Source of the DNA: Gammaproteobacteria bacterium
GTDB taxonomy: Bacteria; Pseudomonadota; Gammaproteobacteria; Pseudomonadales; UBA6940
Length of the DNA stretch: 49,177 bases
Direction of reading: 5' to 3'
NCBI GenBank assembly: GCA_038135915.1
Contig: JAYPYM010000001.1
Span: 1-49,177, forward strand
Under the pieces are notes generated by a model. The model was not told where the DNA came from, did not search any database, and saw only the letters and a program-made list of their open reading frames with translations. Positions within the stretch are counted from its first letter, which is position 1; each line of letters starts with the position of its first letter. This document shows, piece by piece, positions 27,562-35,715 of the stretch. The translations under genes were made by a program, and so were the position numbers.

Positions 27562-28425
27562 TTAAATGGCGGTGACTTTTTTCAAAATGTCTGGTTTCAG
27601 CTCTATGAGCTTGTCAATAACTTCGTCCTCATTTTCTAGCATTTGATCATAAGACTTACCCGCTTTTCTAAGCTCAGTCAACGCCTTTTTAATAAGTGAT
27701 TTACTGGGTTTTTTTATTTCATAATCCTCGAGAAATTCTTTATCTGTAAGCTCATCCAAAAGAGTCTCATATGCATTCCATTCTTCATATTTATACTTGT
27801 CTTCTTCTTCAACTTTTTCTAAGTATTCATCTATAGTTTTTTCAGCCGCCTCACTTGTTAACCCTTTCTCAGGCTCGATACCGAAAAATTCAAAAAAGTC
27901 TTTTTGGTTAGGAGTCAACGGCCGGTTCTTCCAACGCGTTACGTTCTCTTGATTTTTGAATAAAAGAGCAATTTCATGTTTCGCCTGAGACTGCTTCAAA
28001 GATCTCGTAGGTATTTTAAAAAACTTTAGTATCTCTATTTCTTTATCATCAGGGTCATAGTGTAACCCAATCAAATCTGATGCTTGGCCTTTCAATATTG
28101 CCTTCTTGTCGACACCGACACCAAGTTCATCTAGTTTTTCTAACTGCCTCTGCGTAGCTTTATCAAAAAACCATTCCGGAAAAATATCACCTTGACCTGT
28201 TTCCACCTGCTTATCAGCTAACTCCCAGCGCTCCCGGAGCCATTCCTCATGAGATTGCTTTCTACTTGGCTTTTTCTGAGTACTGGAGAACGTTTTTTTA
28301 TTCGTGACTTCTTTAGAAGAGAGCACCTGCGATTTAGGCGGGGTGAAAGTCTTATTTGAAGATAGGAAAAGCTTTGAAAAAATGATAAGACCTAATGCTA
28401 TCCCGATCAGAATTAAATACTCCAT
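27562..28425 (-). CDS. Membrane-anchored hypothetical protein
   Basis: 287 aa with an N-terminal TM segment (LILIGIALGLIIF). Two similar motifs are present: ATQRQLEKLDELGVGVDKKAILKGQASDLIG and TPNQKDFFEFFGIEPEKGLTSEAAEKTIDEYL. Confidence 0.6.
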   Translation of the reverse strand: MEYLILIGIALGLIIFSKLFLSSNKTFTPPKSQVLSSKEVTNKKTFSSTQKKPSRKQSHEEWLRERWELADKQVETGQGDIFPEWFFDKATQRQLEKLDELGVGVDKKAILKGQASDLIGLHYDPDDKEIEILKFFKIPTRSLKQSQAKHEIALLFKNQENVTRWKNRPLTPNQKDFFEFFGIEPEKGLTSEAAEKTIDEYLEKVEEEDKYKYEEWNAYETLLDELTDKEFLEDYEIKKPSKSLIKKALTELRKAGKSYDQMLENEDEVIDKLIELKPDILKKVTAI

Positions 28426-28517
28426 GAAGTAGATCCTCTGTATGTGAAAGCCAATTTTAATCTAGAGTTAATTTTAGTCTATTCGCCTTGAATTAAATGC
28501 TTATAAAACGCTAGCTG

Positions 28518-29093
28518 CTAATCTACTGAACACGAGGGACCCATTTTTACGCCAACACTTTTAGGGTCAATACCCTTAATTCGATTAATTTCTTCGGTTA
28601 TTTCCCAGAATTGGCAAGCCAGTACGGATACATCTTGAGGTTGCGTGCGTCCATAAACCCTCATTATAAAATGACTCTGGTCATTTAATTCTTCGGCTAT
28701 CTGCAAATAGTCGATATCTATTATTATGTCCTGGTACCAATAACAGCTATTAGCAGAAATACACTTGACCTCAGAATCAATTGTCTGCACGTTGTATTTT
28801 TTACCATTACTCGTGAGTGCATATTTCGGATACATATTCGTTTCAGTTCGAACTATCGCATATACCTGAGAAGAAACAATTCCTTTTTTAGTAACAAAAG
28901 CTCGTATAAAGGATGGGTTTGGTCCAAAATTCTTAAAATCATTTCCCCAGCGACTTGATCTGATAGTCCACTCTTTTTTAAATTCATCATATTTAGACGT
29001 AGGGTGATTTGGAGGTAATAGAGTTGCGCAAGATACTAAATTAACAGTCAGGGCTAGAAATAAAAGTTTCTTTCCAAGATTACATAATTTCAT
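28518..29093 (-). CDS. Lipoprotein, unknown function
   Basis: 191 aa with a signal peptide and lipobox LVSC. Confidence 0.6.
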   Translation of the reverse strand: MKLCNLGKKLLFLALTVNLVSCATLLPPNHPTSKYDEFKKEWTIRSSRWGNDFKNFGPNPSFIRAFVTKKGIVSSQVYAIVRTETNMYPKYALTSNGKKYNVQTIDSEVKCISANSCYWYQDIIIDIDYLQIAEELNDQSHFIMRVYGRTQPQDVSVLACQFWEITEEINRIKGIDPKSVGVKMGPSCSVD

Positions 29094-29384
29094 TCGTTAA
29101 CTCCAGTAAGTATGATATCAAACTTATCTATATTTGCTTATAGCTTTAGCCTACGGACCTAGACCTATTTTAATATCAATCACAAAACCGATATTATAAA
29201 TCAATATCCGAGTAATCGAACCTTCTTTGGGATTCAACCTACCCTTTCCTATAACCCCGAGTGACTGCTTCAAGATTGTAAAATATACAGACTCCCAAGC
29301 AATTATTGTCTATTGGGAAGTAGGCTAATAAAAGGTCAATGCCCTCCCCTCCTCCATACTGCTGGCATAGGTTATAATTAGAGG

Positions 29385-29696
29385 ATGAATGACACATTCG
29401 TAAAATCAATTTCAAAGTATATTTCCTCTGGGTGGCAAGGGGCGCTGAACCCCTACCCTCTGCTACTTTTCACGTATCCATTAGTTTTGATTTCGTGCGC
29501 AATCATATTGACTGCAACGACCTTAACAAAAATTAAAATTCTAACCGTGCTGACCGGATTAGTGTTGGTTGTTCCAGCAATTGCGTGGTGCAATATCTCA
29601 TTATGGAGATGCTCAGAAAACACCCATCCCTTATCTTCGTTTATTATCAAGGCTGCTATAGTTGCAGTTGTAATAAAGATGACGATCTTTGGATAG
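29385..29696 (+). CDS. Possible small 3-TM membrane protein
   Basis: 103-aa ORF with three hydrophobic segments. TATAAT lies 9 nt upstream of the ATG (possibly leaderless) but there is no properly spaced SD. A competing antisense ORF is present. Confidence 0.3.
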   Translation: MNDTFVKSISKYISSGWQGALNPYPLLLFTYPLVLISCAIILTATTLTKIKILTVLTGLVLVVPAIAWCNISLWRCSENTHPLSSFIIKAAIVAVVIKMTIFG

Positions 29697-29874
29697 GAAA
29701 CCATCAGTTCGTTTCTAATCTATTTCCGTAATCGAAGGTCTTCGAACCAAATGCGTGTAGATGTTTGTTTAAATTTTTGACCCTTTTCGACTTAGGTTCA
29801 TCAAAAATTCTGTGTATCCTAGGCGGACTGAACTAATTTTTTGAATACATATTATCAATCGGCGTACACCAAAA

Positions 29875-30166
29875 TATAGCTAGCTATATTTGATACCAAG
29901 CTTTTTATAGCTAGCTATACATCTATAACTTGCCAAACGATAGATAGCTATACACTGTATTTTGTTGATTTTCTTACATTTAATGTTATAGCTAGCTATA
30001 CATTCTAATAGGCTTAAGTTGATAGCTAGCTACACGTCGAGAAATATATAGCTAGCTATCTAACGCTCCCAGGACATTCCCAATATTTACTTATCAATTT
30101 ATTTGTATAGCTAGCTATTTTAGTTATAATGTAGCTAGCTATACATTTACGCATATAGCTAGCTAT
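29875..30166. repeat. Array of eight 14-bp palindromes TATAGCTAGCTATA (plus one half-site) upstream of parA; candidate centromere/operator
   Basis: Boxes start at 29875, 29906, 29987, 30021 (variant), 30047, 30106, 30131 (variant) and 30154, with a half-site near 29943. Spacing is irregular, 23-59 bp. Confidence 0.8.
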
Positions 30167-30189
30167 CACAAGCATCCAAGGAGATTAAT

Positions 30190-30903
30190 ATGACAGTAAT
30201 CGTCTTTGCCTCTAGTAAAGGTGGCGCAGGTAAAACTACTGCCTGCAGGCTGCTCGCAGGTGAGTTTGCGAGACAAGGGAAAAAGAAAAATATTCAAATA
30301 TCACTGATTGATGCTGACCCCAACCAGCACAGCGCAAAGTGGGCAAAAATGGATGGTTGCCCATCAAACATCAATCTGATCCAAAACTCTAGCGAGGAGA
30401 GCATACTAGACGATATTGATGATGCAGAAGAGAGCAGTGCTTTTGTTCTTGTTGATTTGGAAGGAACAGCGAGTATGACAGTTGCTCATGCGATTAGCCG
30501 AGCGGATTTAGTCATTGCAATGAGTCAACCATCAGAAGATGATGAAGATGAACTAATCAAAACCATTAAGCTAATACGAAGGCAAGAAAAGGCTCTAGGA
30601 CGCCCCATTCCTCATTCGGTTTTAATATCTAGAACTAATGCAGCGTTTTTAACAAGAATGCATAAAGCCATACTAAATGACATGAAAGAAAATGACGTAG
30701 ATGTATTTGAATGTACGCTAAACGAGCGCGCAGCGTTTAAAGCAATTCGTACTTATGGTGGAATTGTTCACGATTTAGACCCAAAACAGGTTTCAGGGGT
30801 TAAAAACGCCTCTATTAATGTCGAAAAATTCGCCGAAGAAGTAAAAAGAAAATTAAAAGCAAATATGGTATCAAATGAAGAAAGGAGTCTTGCTCATGCC
30901 TAG
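30190..30903 (+). CDS. parA: ParA/Soj-family partition ATPase (short, type Ib-like)
   Basis: 237 aa with the deviant Walker A SSKGGAGKTT at the extreme N-terminus and no N-terminal HTH. AAGGAG SD upstream. Confidence 0.9.
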   Translation: MTVIVFASSKGGAGKTTACRLLAGEFARQGKKKNIQISLIDADPNQHSAKWAKMDGCPSNINLIQNSSEESILDDIDDAEESSAFVLVDLEGTASMTVAHAISRADLVIAMSQPSEDDEDELIKTIKLIRRQEKALGRPIPHSVLISRTNAAFLTRMHKAILNDMKENDVDVFECTLNERAAFKAIRTYGGIVHDLDPKQVSGVKNASINVEKFAEEVKRKLKANMVSNEERSLAHA

Positions 30904-31258
30904 CACCAGAGAAGTTAAACACTTCATAGACGACGATATAGATCTTGAAGACATAATCAGCAAACCAAAAACCAGAAAAAGATCCAGTGTAGAGCGTGAA
31001 TTAATAGAAGAGGCTGCTCATGTCTCAAATTTCCCGAGTAGAGAGCCTGTTAAGAAAAAAATTAGAAAAAAAAGTCCTTACATTAACCAGAAAAACATAA
31101 AAATGCGTTTTGGTATGTCTGAATTGCTCGCAGACCTCACAAAACACCTAGGATTTTCAAGCGATCAAGAAACAATCGAAGTTGCATTAGGAGCATTGAT
31201 TGACAAAAAAGGGCTCACTTCAATTAAGGAACAATATTTAAATCTAATAAATAGCTAG
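30896..31258 (+). CDS. Small centromere-binding protein (ParG-like, C-terminal RHH-like)
   Basis: Follows parA. I prefer ATG 30896 (AAGGAG 8 nt upstream) over the track start at 30875. It has a basic disordered N-terminus and the C-terminal segment KMRFGMSELLADLTKHLGFSSDQETIEVALGALI. Confidence 0.6.
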   Translation: MPSTREVKHFIDDDIDLEDIISKPKTRKRSSVERELIEEAAHVSNFPSREPVKKKIRKKSPYINQKNIKMRFGMSELLADLTKHLGFSSDQETIEVALGALIDKKGLTSIKEQYLNLINS

Positions 31259-31286
31259 CTATACAAATATGAATATAGCTAGCTAT
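31251..31286. repeat. Two further copies of the 14-bp palindrome between the partition genes and repA
   Basis: ATAGCTAGCTATA at 31251-31263 overlaps the stop codon of the ParG-like gene. TATAGCTAGCTAT is at 31274-31286. Confidence 0.8.
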
Positions 31287-31318
31287 CTGGATAATTATCT
31301 TAATTAAGGGAATTTCTT

Positions 31319-32281
31319 ATGGAAAAATCTGATAAAGTGGCTGAAATTGCCACCAAAAAGCAGAAAAGGATAATTGAAGCTGTAAGCCAGGTCGACAATG
31401 AAAATGACCCGTCTATTACATTTAGCCACTCTACAATGTGTCAAACATCTCTACCATTTAAAAATATGGGAGATGAAAGAAAGTGGGTTAGCAAAAATGG
31501 GCTTTCAGTAATCATGTTAGAAGCTGGTAGCGTCCTAGATCCTGAGAGGGATGACTTTATTCAGCTAGGTTTACCATACGGCACAAAACCTAGGTTGATT
31601 TTACTCTACCTTAACAGGCAAGCAATTTTAACGGGCAGTCCAGAGATAGAAGTAGAAAATAGTCTCAGCGCTTTCATAAAAAGAATAGGTATTGAAAGTG
31701 CACCTAATGGCAGAGTATATCGACAAGTTAAAGATCAACTAGCAAGGCTAGTAGCCAGTAAAATCTATATAGGTAATAGAAATGAAGATGGGGGAACTCA
31801 TACTCAAAAAAGAGATATCGTAAGTGATATCAATATATTTTTAAACCATGAAAAAGGGAAAAAAACGATCTGGCCAAAGACAATTCGCTTGTCTGATGAA
31901 TATTTCGAAGCCCTAAGCTCTCATGCTGTACCACTAGATGAGAGAGCGCTTTACCTTCTTAAAGATAGCGCCTTGGAGCTTGATCTGTATTCAATGCTTT
32001 CTGAAAGGTTGCATAGAATCAAAGACGATGGGAAAGGGCAATTTATACCGTGGAAAGACTTATATCAGCAGTATGGAGGAGGGTATACGAAGATAAATAA
32101 ATTTAGGCAAAACTTTTTAATGCATTTAAAAAATGTTTACGCCGTATATCCTTCAGCAAAAATAGAGCATGAAAAAACAGATAAAGGCATGCCAAAAGGC
32201 CTTAGGTTGTTACATTCACCACCTCCAATTCAAAAGAAAAACATCGTTAGTATCACAAATGCCAGCAACAATAATAATTAG
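31319..32281 (+). CDS. repA: Replication initiator RepA (RPA/PF10134-like, from memory)
   Basis: 320 aa. FSHSTMCQTSLPFK...GLPYGTKPRLILLYLNRQAILTGSPEIEVENSLSAFIKRIG matches the conserved N-terminal blocks of plasmid RepA proteins of this type. Iterons lie directly downstream. Confidence 0.8.
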   Translation: MEKSDKVAEIATKKQKRIIEAVSQVDNENDPSITFSHSTMCQTSLPFKNMGDERKWVSKNGLSVIMLEAGSVLDPERDDFIQLGLPYGTKPRLILLYLNRQAILTGSPEIEVENSLSAFIKRIGIESAPNGRVYRQVKDQLARLVASKIYIGNRNEDGGTHTQKRDIVSDINIFLNHEKGKKTIWPKTIRLSDEYFEALSSHAVPLDERALYLLKDSALELDLYSMLSERLHRIKDDGKGQFIPWKDLYQQYGGGYTKINKFRQNFLMHLKNVYAVYPSAKIEHEKTDKGMPKGLRLLHSPPPIQKKNIVSITNASNNNN

Positions 32282-32305
32282 TGGCAAACACCATAATTCA
32301 CTTTT

Positions 32306-32666
32306 ACGGGCAATCGGGTACAGTTTTCAATCAACAAAGAATGAGTTAACGGGCAATCAGGTACACTTTTACAGGCGATTAGCTGAGCATCAACAGGCGG
32401 TCGAGGAGACCTCAACGGGCAATCAGGTACACTTCAACGGGCAATCGGGTACACTTCAACGGGCAATCAGGTACACTTTCACGGGCGATCGGGTACAGCT
32501 GAAACTCCCATAGTTAGGTTTTTAAACAGATTTTTTTGTGGATAACTTATTTATTCACAGGCAATCAGGTACAGTTTTACGGGTGATCGGGTACACTTTT
32601 ACGGGCATTTAGGTACAGTTTCACGGGCGATCGGGTGCAGTTTCACGGGCAATCAGGTACACAAAC
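32306..32666 (+). repeat. oriV iterons: about 11 copies of 22-bp ACGGGCAATC(A/G)GGTACA(C/G)TTT(T/C)
   Basis: Direct repeats start at 32306, 32349 and (degenerate) 32371. A phased tandem set is at 32415/32437/32459/32481 and a second at 32557/32579/32601/32623/32645, each with exact 22-bp periodicity. Confidence 0.85.
32537..32545. promoter_or_regulatory. Perfect DnaA box (TGTGGATAA = TTATCCACA) between the two iteron arrays
   Basis: Exact 9-mer. An AT-rich TATAACTATATAACTATAA tract follows at about 32668-32690, and three TGTGGAC motifs follow at about 32765-32830. Confidence 0.6.
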
Positions 32667-33109
32667 CTATATAACTATATAACTATAATTTCTATACCCC
32701 TGTAGTTAGAGGCATAATAACGTTAATAACGTGGACTAATCGTGGAAGAGAATCTTACACCCATTGTGGACGATGCTTCGCAACGTATGGATTTACTGTG
32801 GACGACCGCTTCGCGGCGTGTGGACAAAGTGTTAACAGCAAAAAACGCTGTTAACACTGTGACACACACTATCGACCACAGCAAACCCACACTTCGACCA
32901 CAAGCACCGAAACCAACAACAAATTTTAATATTAATAAATTTTATATCTATTGAGCTGTAGGGCGCTTGTGAGCTGTTTTAGACAGAACCAATCAAATTC
33001 CTCCCAGGCTAAGATTAAAAGCCTTTAAAACCAATTCTAGGGGCTCTGAAAGCGTCTCTTATCCAAGATAGCCTCTGATTATTAAATAACGATAAAAGTT
33101 GATTAGATC

Positions 33110-33144
33110 TTGACTACACCTTAGAGATTTCCCATAATGGGAAA
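33110..33144 (+). promoter_or_regulatory. higBA promoter with overlapping palindromic operator
   Basis: TTGACT (33110-33115), a 17-nt spacer, then CATAAT (33133-33138). The palindrome TTTCCCAT-A-ATGGGAAA (33128-33144) overlaps the -10. Confidence 0.6.
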
Positions 33145-33155
33145 AAGGAGTGGCT

Positions 33156-33473
33156 ATGCGTATAATTTCTAGAGGTACCCTTAGAGATTTTTGGGAAAAG
33201 AAAACTTTCTCTGACTCAGAACAGCCTTTAAAAGCTTGGTTATCTGAAGCTCAGAAAGCTAAATGGAATAATCCTCAGGATATTAAAAAAAAATATAGAA
33301 ATGCTAGTTTTGTTGCCAACAACAGAGTTGTATTCAATATTAAGGGGAATGACTATCGACTAGTTACCCAAATACAGTACGCAGCAAAAATCGTTTGGAT
33401 TAAGTTCATTGGTACACACAAAGAGTACGATGAAATCAATGTAGAAACAATTGATATGAGTAGAGGTAGTTAA
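33156..33473 (+). CDS. higB: HigB-family type II toxin (RelE-fold mRNA interferase)
   Basis: MRIISRGTLRDFWEK...PLKAWLSEAQKAKWNNPQDIKKKY...VFNIKGNDYRLVTQIQY...IWIKFIGTHKEYD closely follows the HigB_toxin family pattern. I place the start at ATG 33156 (AAGGAG 5 nt upstream). Confidence 0.9.
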   Translation: MRIISRGTLRDFWEKKTFSDSEQPLKAWLSEAQKAKWNNPQDIKKKYRNASFVANNRVVFNIKGNDYRLVTQIQYAAKIVWIKFIGTHKEYDEINVETIDMSRGS

Positions 33474-33475
33474 TT

Positions 33476-33853
33476 ATGAATATCAAACCTATTCGAAACA
33501 AGAAAGATTATAACCATGCACTATCTATGATCGAAAAGCTTTGGGACGCCGAGAAAGGTACTGAGGATTTCGATCATTTAGAAATTCTTTCTACTCTCAT
33601 AGACAATTACGAAACCCAGACTATTCGAGTTGATCTTCCAGATCCAATTCAAGCGATTTTATTTCGTATGGACCAAGAAGGGTTAGAAGACAAAGATATG
33701 GTGGAGTATTTTGGGTCTAGAAGCAAAGTTAGTGAAGTTTTGAATTATAAAAGAGGCTTGAGCATCAATATGATTAGAAGATTACACGAAGGCTTAGGAA
33801 TTAGTCCTGATGTTCTAATACAAGAATATCAACTAAAAAATGATGTGGCTTGA
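33476..33853 (+). CDS. higA: HigA-type HTH antitoxin
   Basis: 125 aa starting 2 nt after the higB stop. It has an N-terminal KPIRNKKDYNHALSMIEKLWDAEKGTEDFDHLEILSTLIDNYE block and a C-terminal HTH. Confidence 0.8.
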   Translation: MNIKPIRNKKDYNHALSMIEKLWDAEKGTEDFDHLEILSTLIDNYETQTIRVDLPDPIQAILFRMDQEGLEDKDMVEYFGSRSKVSEVLNYKRGLSINMIRRLHEGLGISPDVLIQEYQLKNDVA

Positions 33854-33872
33854 TGATAAGAATCTTAAAATT

Positions 33873-33968
33873 AAATCAATATAATCCTTGATTAAACTAA
33901 CCGTGCGAGTATAATTATCCATGTTGGTTAGGCATTCCGCCGAGCCGCTACTCCAGAGGGAGAAAAAA
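33873..33968 (+). promoter_or_regulatory. Repeated promoter/5'-UTR module, copy 1
   Basis: TTGATT (33888-33893), a 16-nt spacer, then TATAAT (33910-33915), followed by the conserved leader ...GGCATTCCGCCGAGCCGCTACTCCAGAGGGAGA and the ATG. AATCAA-N8-TTGATT overlaps the -35. Confidence 0.7.
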
Positions 33969-34355
33969 ATGGAAGAACTAATCTATTCATACAGCAGAAA
34001 ACAAGCAATTGAAGATGGCTTTCTAGTTGATGTATCTGAAGTTGCAAAGGAGGCTGGTTTTTTACACCCAGTTGCTTTAACTCATGCGGCCTATGAATCT
34101 TGCGTGGCATGGAACGAGACTGACAGCGAGAGAAAAAGATTACACCAAGATGAAAGTGGTCGATTATGGGACGTTATTTATATGGCAAGATTCAATGCCA
34201 AGCGTTCTAAATCAAGTCAGTTTATTTACGATCTTTTTTGTGTCCCTAAAAACGGTAATGAAACTAGCCCTCAAAGGATACGGCTGAAAGCCGTTTGTGG
34301 CCCAGGTGATACATTAGAGCCCGTTATAACAATTATGCTTGAAGGAGAAGACTAG
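33969..34355 (+). CDS. Conserved plasmid/ICE hypothetical (DUF6573-like, from memory)
   Basis: I place the start at ATG 33969 (MEELIYSYSRKQAIEDGFLVDVSEVAKEAGF...GRLWDVIYMA...KAVCGPGDTLEPVITIMLEGED), directly behind the GGGAGA SD. The sequence pattern is familiar from ICE and plasmid backbones. Confidence 0.65.
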   Translation: MEELIYSYSRKQAIEDGFLVDVSEVAKEAGFLHPVALTHAAYESCVAWNETDSERKRLHQDESGRLWDVIYMARFNAKRSKSSQFIYDLFCVPKNGNETSPQRIRLKAVCGPGDTLEPVITIMLEGED

Positions 34356-34360
34356 GATAC

Positions 34361-34389
34361 AAGTCAGCCAGTTAATCACTGGCTGACTT
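34361..34389 (+). other. Perfect 12-bp GC-containing hairpin without U-tract
   Basis: AAGTCAGCCAGT-TAATC-ACTGGCTGACTT is followed by AAAAAAG, so it is not a canonical terminator on either strand. Confidence 0.6.
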
Positions 34390-34405
34390 AAAAAAGTTGA
34401 ATGAA

Positions 34406-34503
34406 AAATCAAGATAAACCTTGATTAAACTAACCGTGCGATTATAATTATTCATGTTGGTCAGGCATTCCGCCGAGCCGCTACTCCAAAGGGAGAATTT
34501 AAA
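34406..34503 (+). promoter_or_regulatory. Repeated promoter/5'-UTR module, copy 2
   Basis: Only a few mismatches to copy 1 over about 90 nt by eye. TTGATT (34421-34426), a 16-nt spacer, then TATAAT (34443-34448). AATCAAG-N6-CTTGATT overlaps the -35. Confidence 0.7.
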
Positions 34504-34995
34504 ATGAACATTCAAGACTCTGCTAGCGTATTGGGCTTAACCGGAAAAATTTCACCAGCTTCGGTTAAGCTTGCATACAAAAAAGCTTGCTCAAAGTACC
34601 ACCCCGATCGAAATCCTGCCGGAACTGAAATGATGAAAGTAGTCAATGCTGCGTATGTGGTTCTTAAAAACTTTTCCGGTGATATTGATGAAGCAGAAGA
34701 GGGCTATGGAGATGCCTTGAATGCTGCACTCAATTCTGTAGTAGGGCTACAAGGTGTAAAAGTTGAGGTTTGTGGTGTTTGGGTTTGGGTAACAGGAGAT
34801 ACTAAGAAGCATAAAGATGCTCTAGGGAAAAATGGAGCTGGCTTTCATTATGCAAGTAAAAAAAAGGCATGGTATTATCGTCCCGCTGATTGGTCGAGTA
34901 AAAGTCGTGGTAATTGGTCACTCGAAAAAATTAGGAGTGAGTATGGAAGTAAGGTTGAAACATCCAGATTTCAAAAAAAATTAAAATCAGCATAA
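34504..34995 (+). CDS. J-domain (DnaJ-like) protein with an unrelated C-terminal domain
   Basis: 163 aa. LAYKKACSKYHPDRNP contains the HPD tripeptide of J-domains. The C-terminal half (VEVCGVWVWVTGDTKKHKDALGKNGAGFHYASKKKAWYYRP) is not DnaJ-like. Confidence 0.85.
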   Translation: MNIQDSASVLGLTGKISPASVKLAYKKACSKYHPDRNPAGTEMMKVVNAAYVVLKNFSGDIDEAEEGYGDALNAALNSVVGLQGVKVEVCGVWVWVTGDTKKHKDALGKNGAGFHYASKKKAWYYRPADWSSKSRGNWSLEKIRSEYGSKVETSRFQKKLKSA

Positions 34996-35000
34996 GGAGA

Positions 35001-35020
35001 GCAGAGGGGAACCCCTCTGC
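35001..35020 (+). other. GC-rich hairpin after the J-domain gene
   Basis: GCAGAGGGG-AA-CCCCTCTGC is followed by CATTTCAAAAAA, so the U-tract is weak or absent. Confidence 0.5.
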
Positions 35021-35031
35021 CATTTCAAAAA

Positions 35032-35604
35032 ATGGATTTAAAAGAAAAAATTAAGAAGGTGGTATGTTTTCTACCGTTATGGCGTTTGGATACTCGTAGT
35101 GATAAATGCATTAAATTAATTGGTCCTGAGCGCAGTAAAATTACTGCTAGGAAAGACGGCGAACGAGTAATTTTTTATGCTTGCATACCAGAGTCAAAAA
35201 ATAGAGCATTTCGTTCATGGTCGAGCTTTGACCAGGCGAGGAAAAAAGATTTTAAACCCATGATCTCCTGCGCATTATGCAGAAATGAACAGGCTATCGC
35301 GTTAGACTTAGAAAGGCGCTTAATTAAAAACTATTTGAGGTTTTATAGGATTTCTAAGCAAGAGCTAGAGGCTCATAACAAAAAAGTTGATGAGTTAGAA
35401 CTAGTAGAAACATTAGCCGCTAGAATTCTTAAAGGATCTAAATCTCACCAAAGAGGAGAGGGACAAAGAAAAATTTACTTTGATTCAGGAAATGTGATGA
35501 TTAGTACGTTTGAAGGTGGATGCATGAGATTTGAGGTAAATCTCAATGAATACGATAAAGGATTGAAACTAGCGGCATATCTTAAAGAGAATGCCTTAAT
35601 TTAA
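35032..35604 (+). CDS. Hypothetical protein
   Basis: 190-aa ORF in the same orientation as its neighbours. No motif recognised. Confidence 0.55.
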   Translation: MDLKEKIKKVVCFLPLWRLDTRSDKCIKLIGPERSKITARKDGERVIFYACIPESKNRAFRSWSSFDQARKKDFKPMISCALCRNEQAIALDLERRLIKNYLRFYRISKQELEAHNKKVDELELVETLAARILKGSKSHQRGEGQRKIYFDSGNVMISTFEGGCMRFEVNLNEYDKGLKLAAYLKENALI

Positions 35605-35610
35605 GCAAAA

Positions 35611-35657
35611 GGCTTGATCTTCATAGCTCAAGCCGATACTCCAGAGGGAGAGAAAAA
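35611..35657 (+). promoter_or_regulatory. Partial third copy of the conserved leader
   Basis: The hairpin GGCTTGA-N10-TCAAGCC is followed by GATACTCCAGAGGGAGAGAAAAAATG. The last roughly 25 nt match copies 1 and 2. Confidence 0.55.
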
Positions 35658-35715
35658 ATGATTGTATTATTGATGCCTAACCTAGGTGAAATAGAGGGTC
35701 GTATACCAAAGCGTT

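Noticed and set aside
29453-29704. 83-aa minus-strand ORF opposite the 103-aa plus-strand membrane ORF
   Set aside because: The two overlap almost completely and neither has strong signals. I listed only the plus-strand one, at low confidence, because of its three clean TM segments.
32169-32513. 114-aa ORF overlapping the repA end and the iterons
   Set aside because: Its peptide is just the translated iteron repeated (NGQSGT/TGNQVH...), so it is an artefact of the repeat structure. The same reasoning applies to the GTG-start 70-aa ORF at 32742-32954, which lies over the TGTGGAC motifs.
32306-32666. Regularly spaced 22-bp direct repeats that could superficially look like a CRISPR array
   Set aside because: The repeats are contiguous with no spacers and the period equals the repeat length. 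They lie directly downstream of repA with a DnaA box and an AT-rich tract, and no cas genes are present. They are plasmid iterons.
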